From Candidatus Thalassarchaeaceae archaeon (lineage in GTDB: Archaea > Thermoplasmatota > Poseidoniia > MGIII > CG-Epi1): a stretch of 62,931 nucleotides of DNA. Location: NCBI GenBank assembly GCA_963578705.1, contig CAUZDT010000001.1:1-62931 (forward strand), given 5' to 3'. The position numbers and the translations under genes are program-made. Positions within the stretch are counted from its first letter, which is position 1. Every line of letters begins with the position of its first letter. Under the pieces are notes generated by a model. That model saw only the letters and a program-made list of their open reading frames with translations, did not search any database and had not been told where the DNA came from. Positions 37,832 to 47,479 of the stretch are shown here, piece after piece.

Positions 37832-38482
37832 CTATGATAGTCTGATTTTCGACAGGTAGTCAGGCATCTCGATATCGCTTGCCAGCCCCGCTGCCGGCTC
37901 TGGCTCGCCAAGGCCGGTCATGATTGGGACCACCCCGGCCCAGACCGGCTGATCCCGGTCTGCCGGTTCGTCACCGACGGGGATAGCACGAATCTTGGCT
38001 GCGCCTTCCCGGATATCCATCCAGAGCACGCTAGTCGCTTTCAGTTCCGACTCAGTCGGCTGGCGCACTTCGCCCCAGCGGCCGCGTGCGATGCGCTCCA
38101 TGAGCTTCTCAAGCGCCAGCAGTTTTTCCCCGGAGTCATCAACGCTCCGGGCCGTCCCAAAAAGCATCACCGAGCGGTAGTTGACCGAGTGGTTAAAAGC
38201 CGAGCGCGACAGCACGATGCCGTCGAGCAGGCTCACAGTCAGGCAGACCCTGCACTCCGCTTGCGTCCGCAATGCCCGGCTGGCGGCGGAGCCGTGCCAG
38301 AAAACGCGCTCACCATCGCGCCAGAAAAGCGTCGGCGTCACCAGCGGCGCGCCGTCGAGCACATACCCGACGTGGCAGAGCAGCGCTGCGTCCAGGATGG
38401 CGTTGACCGTCACGCGGTCGAAGCTGCCGCGTTCGGAGTGCCGCATGGGCTGGCTGCGGCCGGTCCGCTCGAGGTCAGCCAC
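37832..38482 (-). CDS. Pyridoxamine 5'-phosphate oxidase-related FMN-binding protein (Pyridox_ox_2-like)
   Basis: RHSERGSFDRVTVNAILDAALLCHVGYVLDGAPLVTPTLFWRDGERVFWHGSAASR matches the flavin-nucleotide-binding split-barrel family pattern. Confidence 0.7.
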   Translation of the reverse strand: MADLERTGRSQPMRHSERGSFDRVTVNAILDAALLCHVGYVLDGAPLVTPTLFWRDGERVFWHGSAASRALRTQAECRVCLTVSLLDGIVLSRSAFNHSVNYRSVMLFGTARSVDDSGEKLLALEKLMERIARGRWGEVRQPTESELKATSVLWMDIREGAAKIRAIPVGDEPADRDQPVWAGVVPIMTGLGEPEPAAGLASDIEMPDYLSKIRLS

Positions 38483-38951
38483 GCTGCGCTTTCAGCTCCG
38501 CCAGCACCTTCGCCGCGTGCCCCTTGGCGCGTACGTTGGGCCACGCTCGCGCGACCGTGCCGTCAGGGGCCACGAGGAAGGTCGAGCGCGCGACGCCCAT
38601 GTATTCGCGGCCGTAGTTCTTCTTCAGTCGCCATGCCCCGTAAGGCGCCATCACCGCACGGTCCGGGTCGGCGAGCAGGCGCACGCCGAGGCCGTATTTC
38701 GCGATGAAGTTGCAGTGCTTCTGCGGCGAATCGGGTGAGACACCGACGATGTTGCACTCGAGCGCTGCAAACTCGGCGGCGAGCGCCGTGAATTCCTGCG
38801 CCTCGATGGTGCAACCCGGCGTATCATCGCGCGGATAGAAGTAGAGCAGTAGCCAGCGGTCGGCGAAGTCGGCCAGCGCAACGGCCGTACCGTCCTGGTC
38901 AACCGCTTCAAAGCGGGGTGCAGGGTCTCCAGCTTGTAGGATTTCAGTCAT
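38475..38951 (-). CDS. bcp: Thioredoxin-dependent thiol peroxidase (Bcp/PrxQ peroxiredoxin)
   Basis: From ATG 38951: AGDPAPRFEAVDQDG, LLYFYPRDDTPGCTIEA (peroxidatic Cys). About 158 aa. Confidence 0.9.
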   Translation of the reverse strand: MTEILQAGDPAPRFEAVDQDGTAVALADFADRWLLLYFYPRDDTPGCTIEAQEFTALAAEFAALECNIVGVSPDSPQKHCNFIAKYGLGVRLLADPDRAVMAPYGAWRLKKNYGREYMGVARSTFLVAPDGTVARAWPNVRAKGHAAKVLAELKAQRG

Positions 38952-38971
38952 ATTTTTCACATCGATGAGTA

Positions 38972-40516
38972 TTAAAGTGGAATGTTGCCGTGCTTGCGCT
39001 TCGGGCACGGTTCGCGCTTGCTCCCAAAGCGCTCGAGCCCGCGCAGCAGTTCAACGCGCGTATCGCGCGGGAAAATGACGCGGTCGATGTACCCCATTTC
39101 GGCGGCAATCCAGGGCGACGCGAACTTCTCGCGATACTCTTCGGTCAGCTCGCGCCGCTTCCGGTCGGGGTCGCTGGCGGCGGCCAGTTCCTTGCGGAAG
39201 ATGATATTCACTGCCCCCTCGGAGCCCATCACCGCGATTTCAGCGGTCGGCCACGCCAGGTTCAGGTCGGCACGGATGTGCTTGGACGCCATCACGTCAT
39301 ACGCGCCGCCGTACGCCTTGCGCGTTATCACCGTCAGCTTCGGGACGGTCGCCTCGGCGAAGGCGTAGAGCAGCTTGGCACCGTGGCGGATGATGCCGCC
39401 ATGCTCCTGCTCGCGCCCCGGCAGGAAGCCGGGGACGTCGACTAATGTAATGAGGGGCAGGTTGAACGCGTCGCAGAATCGCACGAAGCGCGCCCCCTTC
39501 ACCGACGCGTCGATGTCGAGACAGCCCGCTAGGTGTTGCGGCTGGTTGGCGACGATGCCGACCGGGCAGCCGCCGAGGCGCGCGAAGCCGATAACCAGGT
39601 TCTGCGCCCAGTCTGGCTGAAGCTCGAGAAAATCCTCCTCGTCGGCGACTGCCGTGATGATGTCGCGGATGTCGTAAGGGGTATTCGGGTTGTCGGGCAT
39701 CAGCGCGTCGAGTTGCGGTAGCACTTCGTCGCCTGACGGGGATTCCCGCCGTGGCGGCTGCTCGAGATTGTTCTGCGGCAGGAATGCGAGCAGCCGCCTC
39801 AGTTCGGCGAAGGCGGCTTGCTCGTCGGCCGCGGTCAAGTGCGCGACGCCCGAGAGCGACGAGTGGGTCTGCGCGCCGCCCAGTTCCTCGAAACCGATTT
39901 CCTCGTGCGTCACCGTCTTGATGACGTCGGGTCCGGTGATGAACATGTGCGAAGTGCCTTCGGCCATGATGACGAAGTCGGTCATTGCCGGGCTGTAGAC
40001 TGCGCCGCCGGCGCACGCCCCCAGAATCAGGGAGATTTGCGGGACGACTCCCGACAACTGGACGTTGCGCCAGAAAATCTCGGCGTAGCCCCCGAGCGAG
40101 ACGACGCCTTCCTGGATGCGCGCGCCGCCCGAGTCGTTGAGCCCGATGACCGGCGCCCCCATGCGCGTCGCGAGGTCCATCACCTTACAAATCTTCTTGG
40201 CGTGCACTTCCCCCAGCGCGCCGCCGAAGACCGTAAAATCCTGCGCGAAGAGATAGACGGGCCGTCCCTCGATGGTGCCGTGGCCCGTGACGACTCCGTC
40301 GCCGGGCGGCCGCCGCTTCTCCATCCCGAAGCCCGCCGTGCGGTGCTTCGCCAGCGCGTCCAGCTCGACGAAGCTGCCGTCGTCGAGCAGCGCCTCCATC
40401 CGCTCGCGCGCGGTGAGCTTGCCCCGCGCGTGTTGCTTCTCGACTCGCGCCGCGTCGGAGCGCTGCGCTTCCGCCAGCCGCTGCTCCAGCTCCTCGATGC
40501 GCTCGCGGGTCGTCAT
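38972..40516 (-). CDS. Acyl-CoA carboxylase carboxyltransferase subunit (propionyl-CoA carboxylase beta / methylmalonyl-CoA carboxyltransferase 12S type)
   Basis: From ATG 40516: RIEELEQR...[62 protein letters not shown]. 514 aa. The 146-codon 5' extension in the ORF track was rejected. Confidence 0.9.
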   Translation of the reverse strand: MTTRERIEELEQRLAEAQRSDAARVEKQHARGKLTARERMEALLDDGSFVELDALAKHRTAGFGMEKRRPPGDGVVTGHGTIEGRPVYLFAQDFTVFGGALGEVHAKKICKVMDLATRMGAPVIGLNDSGGARIQEGVVSLGGYAEIFWRNVQLSGVVPQISLILGACAGGAVYSPAMTDFVIMAEGTSHMFITGPDVIKTVTHEEIGFEELGGAQTHSSLSGVAHLTAADEQAAFAELRRLLAFLPQNNLEQPPRRESPSGDEVLPQLDALMPDNPNTPYDIRDIITAVADEEDFLELQPDWAQNLVIGFARLGGCPVGIVANQPQHLAGCLDIDASVKGARFVRFCDAFNLPLITLVDVPGFLPGREQEHGGIIRHGAKLLYAFAEATVPKLTVITRKAYGGAYDVMASKHIRADLNLAWPTAEIAVMGSEGAVNIIFRKELAAASDPDRKRRELTEEYREKFASPWIAAEMGYIDRVIFPRDTRVELLRGLERFGSKREPCPKRKHGNIPL

Positions 40517-40591
40517 CGGCTGGCAGCGGCTGGCGGCTATAACGGTGGCTGCGCCCGCTAACGCTAAACCCCCGCCCTCGCTCGCGGTAGC

Positions 40592-41854
40592 GTGAGCGAC
40601 CTGCAGGGCGTGCGCGGGACCCGCGACTTCTACCCCGACGAGATGCGGCTGCGCAGCTGGCTCTTCTCGCACTTCCGCGCTGCGGCGCAGTTGCACGGCT
40701 TCGAGGAGTATGACGCGCCGGTGCTCGAGCACGAAGCGCTCTATACCCGCAAGGCGGGCGAGGACATCGTCAGGCAGCTCTACGGCTTCGAGGACAAGGG
40801 CGGCCGCCGCGTCGCGCTGCGCCCCGAGATGACGCCGTCGCTGGCGCGGATGGTGCTGGCGCGCGCCGGAGCGCTGCCGGTGCCCATCAAGTGGTTCTCG
40901 ATTCCGCAGTGCTGGCGCTACGAGCGGATGCAGCGCGGGCGCGGACGCGAGCACTACCAGTGGAACGTCGATATCTGGGGTAGCGGTGGCGTCGAAGCCG
41001 ATGTCGAGCTGCTGGCGGTGCTCTGCACTTTCTTCGGCCGCGTCGGACTGGCGCCTGACGCAGTCGGAATCTGCGTCAGCAGCCGCAAGGTGCTACAGGA
41101 AGTACTCGACTCGGTCGGCGTCGCGGGTGAGCAGTTCGCCGCGGTCTGCATTGTCGTTGACAAGCTCGGCAAGCTGCCGCCGGACGAGGCGGCAGCGCAG
41201 CTTGGGAAGCTGGGGCTCGACAACACGGCGGTCGCGACTATCCAGCGCGTGCTCGGGCTGCGCGACCTGGATGCGCTCGCCGCTGCCCTGGGCGACGACA
41301 GCGGTGCCGTGGCGGAGCTGCGCGCGCTATGGGCGCTGGCGGAGGGCTACGGCCTGACGGAGTGGCTCGAGTTCGACGGCTCCATTGTGCGCGGGCTGGC
41401 CTACTACACCGGCCCCGTCTTCGAGGCGCACGACCGCAGCGGCGAGCTGCGCGCGGTCTGTGGCGGTGGCCGCTACGACCGGCTGCTTTCGTCCTTCGGC
41501 GGGAAGGACCTGCCGGCGACCGGTTTCGGCTTCGGCGACATGGTCATCCTGGAACTGCTCAAGGACCGCGGCCGGCTGCCGCAGCTGGCCGGCAGCGTGC
41601 AGGACGTGGTCTTCGCGCTCAACCCCGAGCTGCGGCCGGCGGCGATGGACGTCGCCGGCCGCTTGCGGGCGCAGGGGCGCAGCGTCGATCTGGTGCTCGA
41701 GGAGAAACGGCTCAAGTGGGCGCTGAAGCACGCCGACCGCTGCGGCGCGGAACGGCTGCTGCTGCTCGCGCCGAAGGAGTGGGAGCGCGGCGTGGTGAAG
41801 GTGCGAGACCTCGCCAGTGGCGCGGAGAGCGAGGTCGCGCCCGGCGCGCTCTGA
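40592..41854 (+). CDS. hisS: Histidyl-tRNA synthetase
   Basis: [48 protein letters not shown] (motif 2), GGGRYD, GFGFGD. GTG start. Confidence 0.93.
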   Translation: MSDLQGVRGTRDFYPDEMRLRSWLFSHFRAAAQLHGFEEYDAPVLEHEALYTRKAGEDIVRQLYGFEDKGGRRVALRPEMTPSLARMVLARAGALPVPIKWFSIPQCWRYERMQRGRGREHYQWNVDIWGSGGVEADVELLAVLCTFFGRVGLAPDAVGICVSSRKVLQEVLDSVGVAGEQFAAVCIVVDKLGKLPPDEAAAQLGKLGLDNTAVATIQRVLGLRDLDALAAALGDDSGAVAELRALWALAEGYGLTEWLEFDGSIVRGLAYYTGPVFEAHDRSGELRAVCGGGRYDRLLSSFGGKDLPATGFGFGDMVILELLKDRGRLPQLAGSVQDVVFALNPELRPAAMDVAGRLRAQGRSVDLVLEEKRLKWALKHADRCGAERLLLLAPKEWERGVVKVRDLASGAESEVAPGAL

Positions 41855-41896
41855 ACCGACGCAAATATTGAAAAACGGCTGCCGGTACGGAGCTGC

Positions 41897-42571
41897 ATGG
41901 AAATGGACAATCGGCGGATTTTTCGCATCGTCGCGCTGGCGCTGGTCGGCTACTACTGGCTGCTGGCGGTCGTCATCGGTTCCGACGGCCCCGCCGCGGG
42001 ACGCTGGGCGGGCGGGCTCTCCTTCCTGTCGAACTGGAACCTGACCTTGAACCTGCTGGTGGCGCTGGGCGCCATCAAGTACGAATTTGACGGCCAGAAG
42101 CGGCTTGACATCCCTATTCTCGGCGCTGCCATGGGCATCAACATAATCGTCGTGCTGCTCTACTGGGTCCTGCGGGCGATGGGCGCGCTCGGCGAGGTGC
42201 AGGCGTATGATTCCTTCGCCGCCCTGTTCCAGAACTACTACGTCCATCTCGGGACATCAATTATCCTGTTCGTCGAGGCGGTGCACTACAGTCAGCCGTT
42301 CGAGGTGTGGAAGCGCTCATACGGGATATACATGGTCATCTTCTTCGGCTACATCTTCTGGATGGAGGCGTTCGTCTCGCAGCGGGACAGTTTCCCGTGC
42401 GGTGAGGTGAACTGCGGCTTTCCCTACGAGTTCCTGAACGACCTGACCACCACCGGCCGCATCATATTCTACGGCGGAATCTTCGTTATGGGTAACCTCG
42501 CCTTCGCCGGCAGCTACTGGCTGGCGCAATTCTGGGAAGAGCGCCGGGGTTCCAGGGACGCGACCGAGTAG
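41897..42571 (+). CDS. Integral membrane protein, FAR-17a/AIG1-like (Pr6Pr-like) pattern
   Basis: About 6 TM. LSFLSNWNLTLNLLVA, YYVHLGTSIILFVE and FPYEFLN resemble AIG1/ADTRP-family blocks. Assignment is from memory and tentative. Confidence 0.45.
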   Translation: MEMDNRRIFRIVALALVGYYWLLAVVIGSDGPAAGRWAGGLSFLSNWNLTLNLLVALGAIKYEFDGQKRLDIPILGAAMGINIIVVLLYWVLRAMGALGEVQAYDSFAALFQNYYVHLGTSIILFVEAVHYSQPFEVWKRSYGIYMVIFFGYIFWMEAFVSQRDSFPCGEVNCGFPYEFLNDLTTTGRIIFYGGIFVMGNLAFAGSYWLAQFWEERRGSRDATE

Positions 42572-42573
42572 CT

Positions 42574-43323
42574 TCAGCGCCCCAGCCGCGCCCGGAGCGC
42601 TTGCGCCCGCTCATCGAGCGACTCGCGCAGCTTCGCGCGCACCAGCCCATTGCGCTCCTGCCAGGCAGCCATGCGGGTGCGCAGCCGGCGCGAATGCCAG
42701 TAGTCGCCTGCCTCTTCGGAGAGCGCGGTGATGGCGTCCATGATTTCATCGGTGAACTCGCGCAGTGCCTCGTGGTTCGCCTCCTTTGCCGTGAAATAGA
42801 GCGGGTCGCCGAACTCGTAGTAGAAACGGCGCCAGAGCCGCGGGACGCGCTTGCCGACTGGGATAACGCGGTCGGTCTCCCGGATAGCGACCGGCACGAC
42901 CGCCGCGCCGGTGGCGGCCGCCAGCCGTGCGGCGCCGGTGCGGCCGCGCCCCAGCTGCCCGTCGCGTGACCGGGTCCCCTCGGGGAAGATGCCGACCGCG
43001 CCGCCGTCGCGCAGGATGGCTTCGGCCTCGTCCAGCGCGTCGCTGGCGTCGCCGTCGCGGTTGACCGGGATGACGCCCATGCGGCCGAAGAGCGCGCCGC
43101 GGATGCGGCCTTCGAAATGCTCCTGCTTGGAGAGGTAGATGACCTCGCGCGAAGTGGCGGTCATGATGAACGCCGGGTCGATGTGCGAGAGGTGGTTGGC
43201 GGCGATAATTACCGGCCCGTCGGGCGGCACCGCTTCCTGCCCGCGATATCGCGGCCGGAAGCAGAGGTGCAGCGCGCGGCCGAGCGTCTGCCTGACGATG
43301 TTGTAGTCGCGCGACTCGCCCAT
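42574..43323 (-). CDS. plsC: 1-acyl-sn-glycerol-3-phosphate acyltransferase-like (PlsC family)
   Basis: IIAANHLSHIDP (HX4D acyltransferase motif), IFPEGTRSRDG, VVPVAI: the classical PlsC blocks I, III and IV. Confidence 0.85.
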   Translation of the reverse strand: MGESRDYNIVRQTLGRALHLCFRPRYRGQEAVPPDGPVIIAANHLSHIDPAFIMTATSREVIYLSKQEHFEGRIRGALFGRMGVIPVNRDGDASDALDEAEAILRDGGAVGIFPEGTRSRDGQLGRGRTGAARLAAATGAAVVPVAIRETDRVIPVGKRVPRLWRRFYYEFGDPLYFTAKEANHEALREFTDEIMDAITALSEEAGDYWHSRRLRTRMAAWQERNGLVRAKLRESLDERAQALRARLGR

Positions 43324-43479
43324 CGAGTGCGGCAGCCGGCCCGGGTTCTTAATCCTTGAGCGCGGACGAAGCGTGTTTCGGCGACAGCCGAATCACCGCG
43401 CTGCGAAGCGAGCGGTGAGGTCAGGCCGCATCCGTGGAGTCGGCGACCGGAACGGGAGCTGACTGACGCAATAGCCGAA

Positions 43480-43746
43480 TCAGAGCAGCGACTGCTCGAG
43501 CAGCTCGACCGACTGGATGCCGGCCAGCGTCGCCAGCCCGCCCTCGACTTCATCAGTCAGCCCGGCGCGGTCGGGGCCGATAACCAACGCGTCAATCGTC
43601 ATCAGCCCGAAGGCGAAGGGCGAAACCTCGTGCGCGCCCAGTTTTGCGTCGGCCGGCAGTGTCGCCGGCAGCGCCGCGACGACCGCCGCGGTATCGACTG
43701 CCGGGGATTCCGGCATCAGCCTGTATTTCAGAGCAACTTCGCCCAT
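43480..43746 (-). CDS. Translation elongation factor aEF-1 beta
   Basis: From ATG 43746: MGEVALKYRLMPESPAVD...VSPFAFGLMTIDALVIGPD.AG.TDEVE..L..I.GIQSVE. 88 aa, typical aEF-1beta pattern. Confidence 0.85.
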   Translation of the reverse strand: MGEVALKYRLMPESPAVDTAAVVAALPATLPADAKLGAHEVSPFAFGLMTIDALVIGPDRAGLTDEVEGGLATLAGIQSVELLEQSLL

Positions 43747-43806
43747 GGCGGCGCCACCGCAGGCGGGGCGATATAGCAGTTTCGTGGTCCAGAATAGCAT
43801 TATTAA

Positions 43807-44175
<369 letters not shown>

Positions 44176-44202
44176 TAGCGCAGGCAGCGAGGGGGGCGCA
44201 GC

Positions 44203-44817
44203 ATGGAAGATAGCGACCTGCGTCTCGGCGGCTGGAACCGGCCGCGCCGCATCACGCTGGCGCGCATCTTTGGCCTGCTAATCACGGCCGGGCTGGTGGT
44301 GGTGCTGGTCGGCCCGCAGCTGGTTGACCCTTTCACGGCAAGGGTGGGCAACATCGAGCCGCAGTGGCAGCATACCAACGAGGTCGACTCGCAGAAATAC
44401 AATGGCCTGCTGAAACTACGGACGCAGGAATACGAGTCCGTCGACGGAAAAACCGGGCTGCTCTACGTCATCGCGCTCAGCTCGCTGGTCCCGCTCACTG
44501 ACCTGCCGCTCGATCTGGAATCGTCGGTCGCCGACCGCGTGCAGGAGGAGGCGGAGCTGCAGCAGGCCGAGCTGACCAACGGCCGCCGCGTCGGCACGCT
44601 TGCCATCTCGCAGGGTCACACCGCCGAGCTGCTGCAGTGGGATGCCAGCGTGACCGGCACCTCGGGCTTTTTTGGCTGGTTCAAGGGCGGGGGCAACCTG
44701 CAGGTGCGCGCTGCCTACTGGGAGGTCGAGCTGGGGCTGGTCATCTGCGTCGCCTTCGGGACCGAGACGCTCCGCATCGATGAGGCGACCCGCATGATGC
44801 AGGCGGTGCAGGCATGA
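44203..44817 (+). CDS. Hypothetical single-pass membrane protein
   Basis: One N-terminal TM (ITLARIFGLLITAGLVVVLVG) is followed by a soluble domain. The stop overlaps the tfs ATG (ATGA). Confidence 0.55.
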   Translation: MEDSDLRLGGWNRPRRITLARIFGLLITAGLVVVLVGPQLVDPFTARVGNIEPQWQHTNEVDSQKYNGLLKLRTQEYESVDGKTGLLYVIALSSLVPLTDLPLDLESSVADRVQEEAELQQAELTNGRRVGTLAISQGHTAELLQWDASVTGTSGFFGWFKGGGNLQVRAAYWEVELGLVICVAFGTETLRIDEATRMMQAVQA

Positions 44818-45113
44818 TGATTTGCCCCGGCTGCAAGGGGTTGCTCTACCCGCAAGGCGACCAGCTGGCGTGCCGCCGCTGCGGCCATACGCAGGCGAAG
44901 GGCGCGGCGCAGGTGGTCGACCATGAGCGCGAAAAGCAGGAGCAGGTGGTGATGGACTCGATCGACGGGACGCTGCCGAAAACCACTATCATCTGCGACA
45001 AGTGCGGCCACGGCGAGGCGACCTGGGTCCTGCGGCAGACGCGCGCCGCCGACGAGCCGGCGACGCGCATCTACCAATGCACCGGCTGTCGCCACAAGTG
45101 GCGCGAATACTAG
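44814..45113 (+). CDS. tfs: Transcription factor S (TFIIS-like zinc-ribbon; RpoM/TFS family)
   Basis: N-terminal ribbon CPGC...CRRCG. C-terminal TFIIS ribbon CDKCGHGEATWVLRQTRAADEPATRIYQCTGCRHKW. Confidence 0.9.
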   Translation: MMICPGCKGLLYPQGDQLACRRCGHTQAKGAAQVVDHEREKQEQVVMDSIDGTLPKTTIICDKCGHGEATWVLRQTRAADEPATRIYQCTGCRHKWREY

Positions 45114-47479
45114 GCGAGCCGTCCGCCCGCCTCGAGCAGCCGGTTGCGCAGCACTGACTGCAACTCCTCGAGCAGTTCCTGCGCTGCTTCGCCCTGCGAG
45201 GCGCGGCACAACAGTTCGAGCTCGACCCCTTCGTCGCCGTGCGGTTTTGCGACGACCATCGCGAGGTAGACCGTCTCGTCGAGGTTCGAGCGCGCCGCGA
45301 GGTAGCTGATGTCGCCCCCCTTTTCGTGGCGTTGCCCGCAGACCGCCAACCCCGTCAGGCCCTCCAGCGCTTCCGTCGCGGCAGCGAGGCTGACCGCGTC
45401 GAGCCGCAGCTCGTCGCTGGCGCTCTGCTCGCGATGCTCGGCGCGCAGCTCGCCGTGCTCCTTTTCGGAGAGCGGCAGCGGCACCAGATAGCAACCCGGC
45501 AGCGCCGCGTCGACCGCGCCTAGGCTGGCTGTGCAGTGCTGCCCGGTCGCGTCGCGATACTGCGCCACCAGCACCGCCCGCGACGGGTCGCGGCCGAGCG
45601 GGCTGAAGGCGAAGCTGACGCTGGTGCGTTCGCCCGCCGCCAGCAGTCCCGGGCGGACCACGCCGTCGGCGGGCGCCTCCAGCGCGAGGCCGCTGCCTTC
45701 TAGCTTGAGTCGCAGCACTACGCCCTCCAGCTGCTCGTCGCTGGCGTTGTGCAGTTGCGCCTGCAGCTTCACCCCTTCCTTGTCGGCGCTGAACGCCAGC
45801 TGCTCCAGCCGTAATTGCTCGAAGCGGTCGGACATCTCGACGAAGGCGGTGATGCCCTCGACCCGCTCGCGGATGCGACCGCACGCTGCCAGCGACGCCG
45901 CCTCCTGCTCACGCACGTCCTGTAACAGCTCGGGCTGGCCGGCGGCGGAGCCGGAGGTCATCCAGTCCAGCGCCACCTGCTTCGCGCCCTGCTCGACCTG
46001 TTTGCGGCGGGTGCGCAGCTCCTTCAGCAGCGCCCGCACCCGCTTGCGCTCGGCAGGGAGCGCCGCGAGCGCCTCCTCGATGTAGGTGAGCTTGCGCTCC
46101 AGCTCCTCGCTGCCTTCGCGGTCGCCGAATGAGTCGGCCACCTTGCGGAGCCGCGCGAGGTATTCGCTGATTTCCTTGTCGAGCGCGCCCGGCGCGCCGG
46201 TGCCCGACAGCGACAGGTGCAATGAATAGAAAGGGTAGAGCCGGCTCGCAAGCGCCTCGGGCTGGCCTTTGGGCAGCCCCAGTTGTTGCATGAAGCGCGG
46301 AAGCTGGTCGATGTAGCCGACGTGCAGCTGGTGCAACGCCTCGAGCTCGGCCTGCAGCGTTTCGAGCGCGCTGAACGCCTCCTTGAGCGCGTCGAAGCGG
46401 CCGCCCGCTTTCGCCTCCGCCTGCTCGAGCGCGTGCGCGACGCCCTCCGGCTCCGGCTCGTAAGCAGTGACCTTGCGATAGAGCTGCCGCACCTGCGCCA
46501 GCAGCTCGCTTACCCCGCGCTTCAGGAACTCGCCGTTGCGGAACCAGCAGACGCGGCTACCGATGCCGGCGACCAGCTCGCCGCCGTGGCCCGGCAGCGC
46601 GAGGCAGCCGATTTCCTCGCGGCTGTAGTAGGTCTCGAGCACCAGCCCCTCGCGGTCGAGCAGCCGCAGCTCCCACCTGCCGAACACCTCGCCGCCCGCG
46701 ACCAGCGCCGCCAGCTCGCCCGAGGCGGTCGCGGCGGCGGTCTCGACGAATTTCTCCTCCTCGACCTGCCAGAGCAGCTGGCCGTTGACCTCGAAACAGT
46801 GGACGCCGCCGTCAGTCGCGACCAGCAGCGCGCCGCCGCCGCGGGTGAAACGCAGGCTGCGCAGAGGCCCCACTTCCTCGCGCCAGAGCAGCTGCCCGCC
46901 ACTGGTGAGGCAGTAGACCTGCTTGCCCGAGGAGCAGGCGACATGCTGCGCGTTGGCGTCAACCCCCAGCACCAGCTGCCCGCTGCGCAGCTCCCACTGC
47001 TGCGCGCCGGCGCTATCGTAGCAGCGCACACCGCGCTCGAAACCGCAGAGGCAATCCCCGTCGGGGGCGAACGCCACCCCGCCGACGAAGCTGCCCGCCG
47101 TGACCTCCCACTGCGGCTCGCCGTCGCGGTCGAGCAGCACCAGCTGGTCCCCGTTGGCGACCAGCGTGCGGCTGCCGTCGGGCGCGAGCGCGACGTCATG
47201 GACGTCGCGCTCGGTCGTGTAAGCCCACTTGGGGTTGCCCCACAGGTCGTAGCAGTGCAGCCCGTCGAACGCCACCAGCACGATGCGGCTGCTGTCAGCC
47301 GCCATGCGCACCATGCGGTTGCCCTCATGCTCGACCGCCGCCAGCTGCTGCCGCTGGCTGTAGGTGAAGAGGGTGCTGACGGTGATGGCGGCGACCATCT
47401 CGCCGCTGGAATCGCACGCGAGGTCGACGACCGGTGCGCCCACTTTCTGCTTCGCGAACGGCTTGAAGCTGCCGAACAT
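45110..47479 (-). CDS. Hypothetical 789-aa cytoplasmic protein: N-terminal PQQ-like beta-propeller repeats, central coiled coil, C-terminal uncharacterised domains
   Basis: No signal peptide. The first about 330 aa show repeated blades of the form ...G...W....G (GNPKWAYTTE, GEPQWEVTAG, GAQQWELRSG, GQLLWREEVG, GQLLWQVEEE). A long helical region follows (EALHQLH..., KRVRALLKELRTRRKQVEQ). The start overlaps the stop of the upstream ABC ATPase (TAATG). Confidence 0.7.
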   Translation of the reverse strand: MFGSFKPFAKQKVGAPVVDLACDSSGEMVAAITVSTLFTYSQRQQLAAVEHEGNRMVRMAADSSRIVLVAFDGLHCYDLWGNPKWAYTTERDVHDVALAPDGSRTLVANGDQLVLLDRDGEPQWEVTAGSFVGGVAFAPDGDCLCGFERGVRCYDSAGAQQWELRSGQLVLGVDANAQHVACSSGKQVYCLTSGGQLLWREEVGPLRSLRFTRGGGALLVATDGGVHCFEVNGQLLWQVEEEKFVETAAATASGELAALVAGGEVFGRWELRLLDREGLVLETYYSREEIGCLALPGHGGELVAGIGSRVCWFRNGEFLKRGVSELLAQVRQLYRKVTAYEPEPEGVAHALEQAEAKAGGRFDALKEAFSALETLQAELEALHQLHVGYIDQLPRFMQQLGLPKGQPEALASRLYPFYSLHLSLSGTGAPGALDKEISEYLARLRKVADSFGDREGSEELERKLTYIEEALAALPAERKRVRALLKELRTRRKQVEQGAKQVALDWMTSGSAAGQPELLQDVREQEAASLAACGRIRERVEGITAFVEMSDRFEQLRLEQLAFSADKEGVKLQAQLHNASDEQLEGVVLRLKLEGSGLALEAPADGVVRPGLLAAGERTSVSFAFSPLGRDPSRAVLVAQYRDATGQHCTASLGAVDAALPGCYLVPLPLSEKEHGELRAEHREQSASDELRLDAVSLAAATEALEGLTGLAVCGQRHEKGGDISYLAARSNLDETVYLAMVVAKPHGDEGVELELLCRASQGEAAQELLEELQSVLRNRLLEAGGRLA

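Noticed and set aside
40517-40954. 146-codon N-terminal extension of the carboxyltransferase ORF
   Set aside because: The extension is Arg/Ala-rich and overlaps hisS on the opposite strand. Homologues start at [11 protein letters not shown]..., which corresponds to ATG 40516.
43386-43482. 10-nt direct repeat AGCCGAATCA (43386..43395 and 43473..43482) in the plsC / aEF-1beta spacer; considered as a possible C/D-box sRNA or att-like repeat
   Set aside because: No proper C (RUGAUGA) or D (CUGA) box pairs or terminal stem were found. One copy overlaps the aEF-1beta stop codon. A single 10-mer repeat is within chance expectation, given how many comparisons the window allows.
44715-45884. 389-aa Arg/Gly-rich minus-strand ORF
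   Set aside because: It overlaps tfs and is out of frame with the 789-aa propeller protein. Its composition is implausible.
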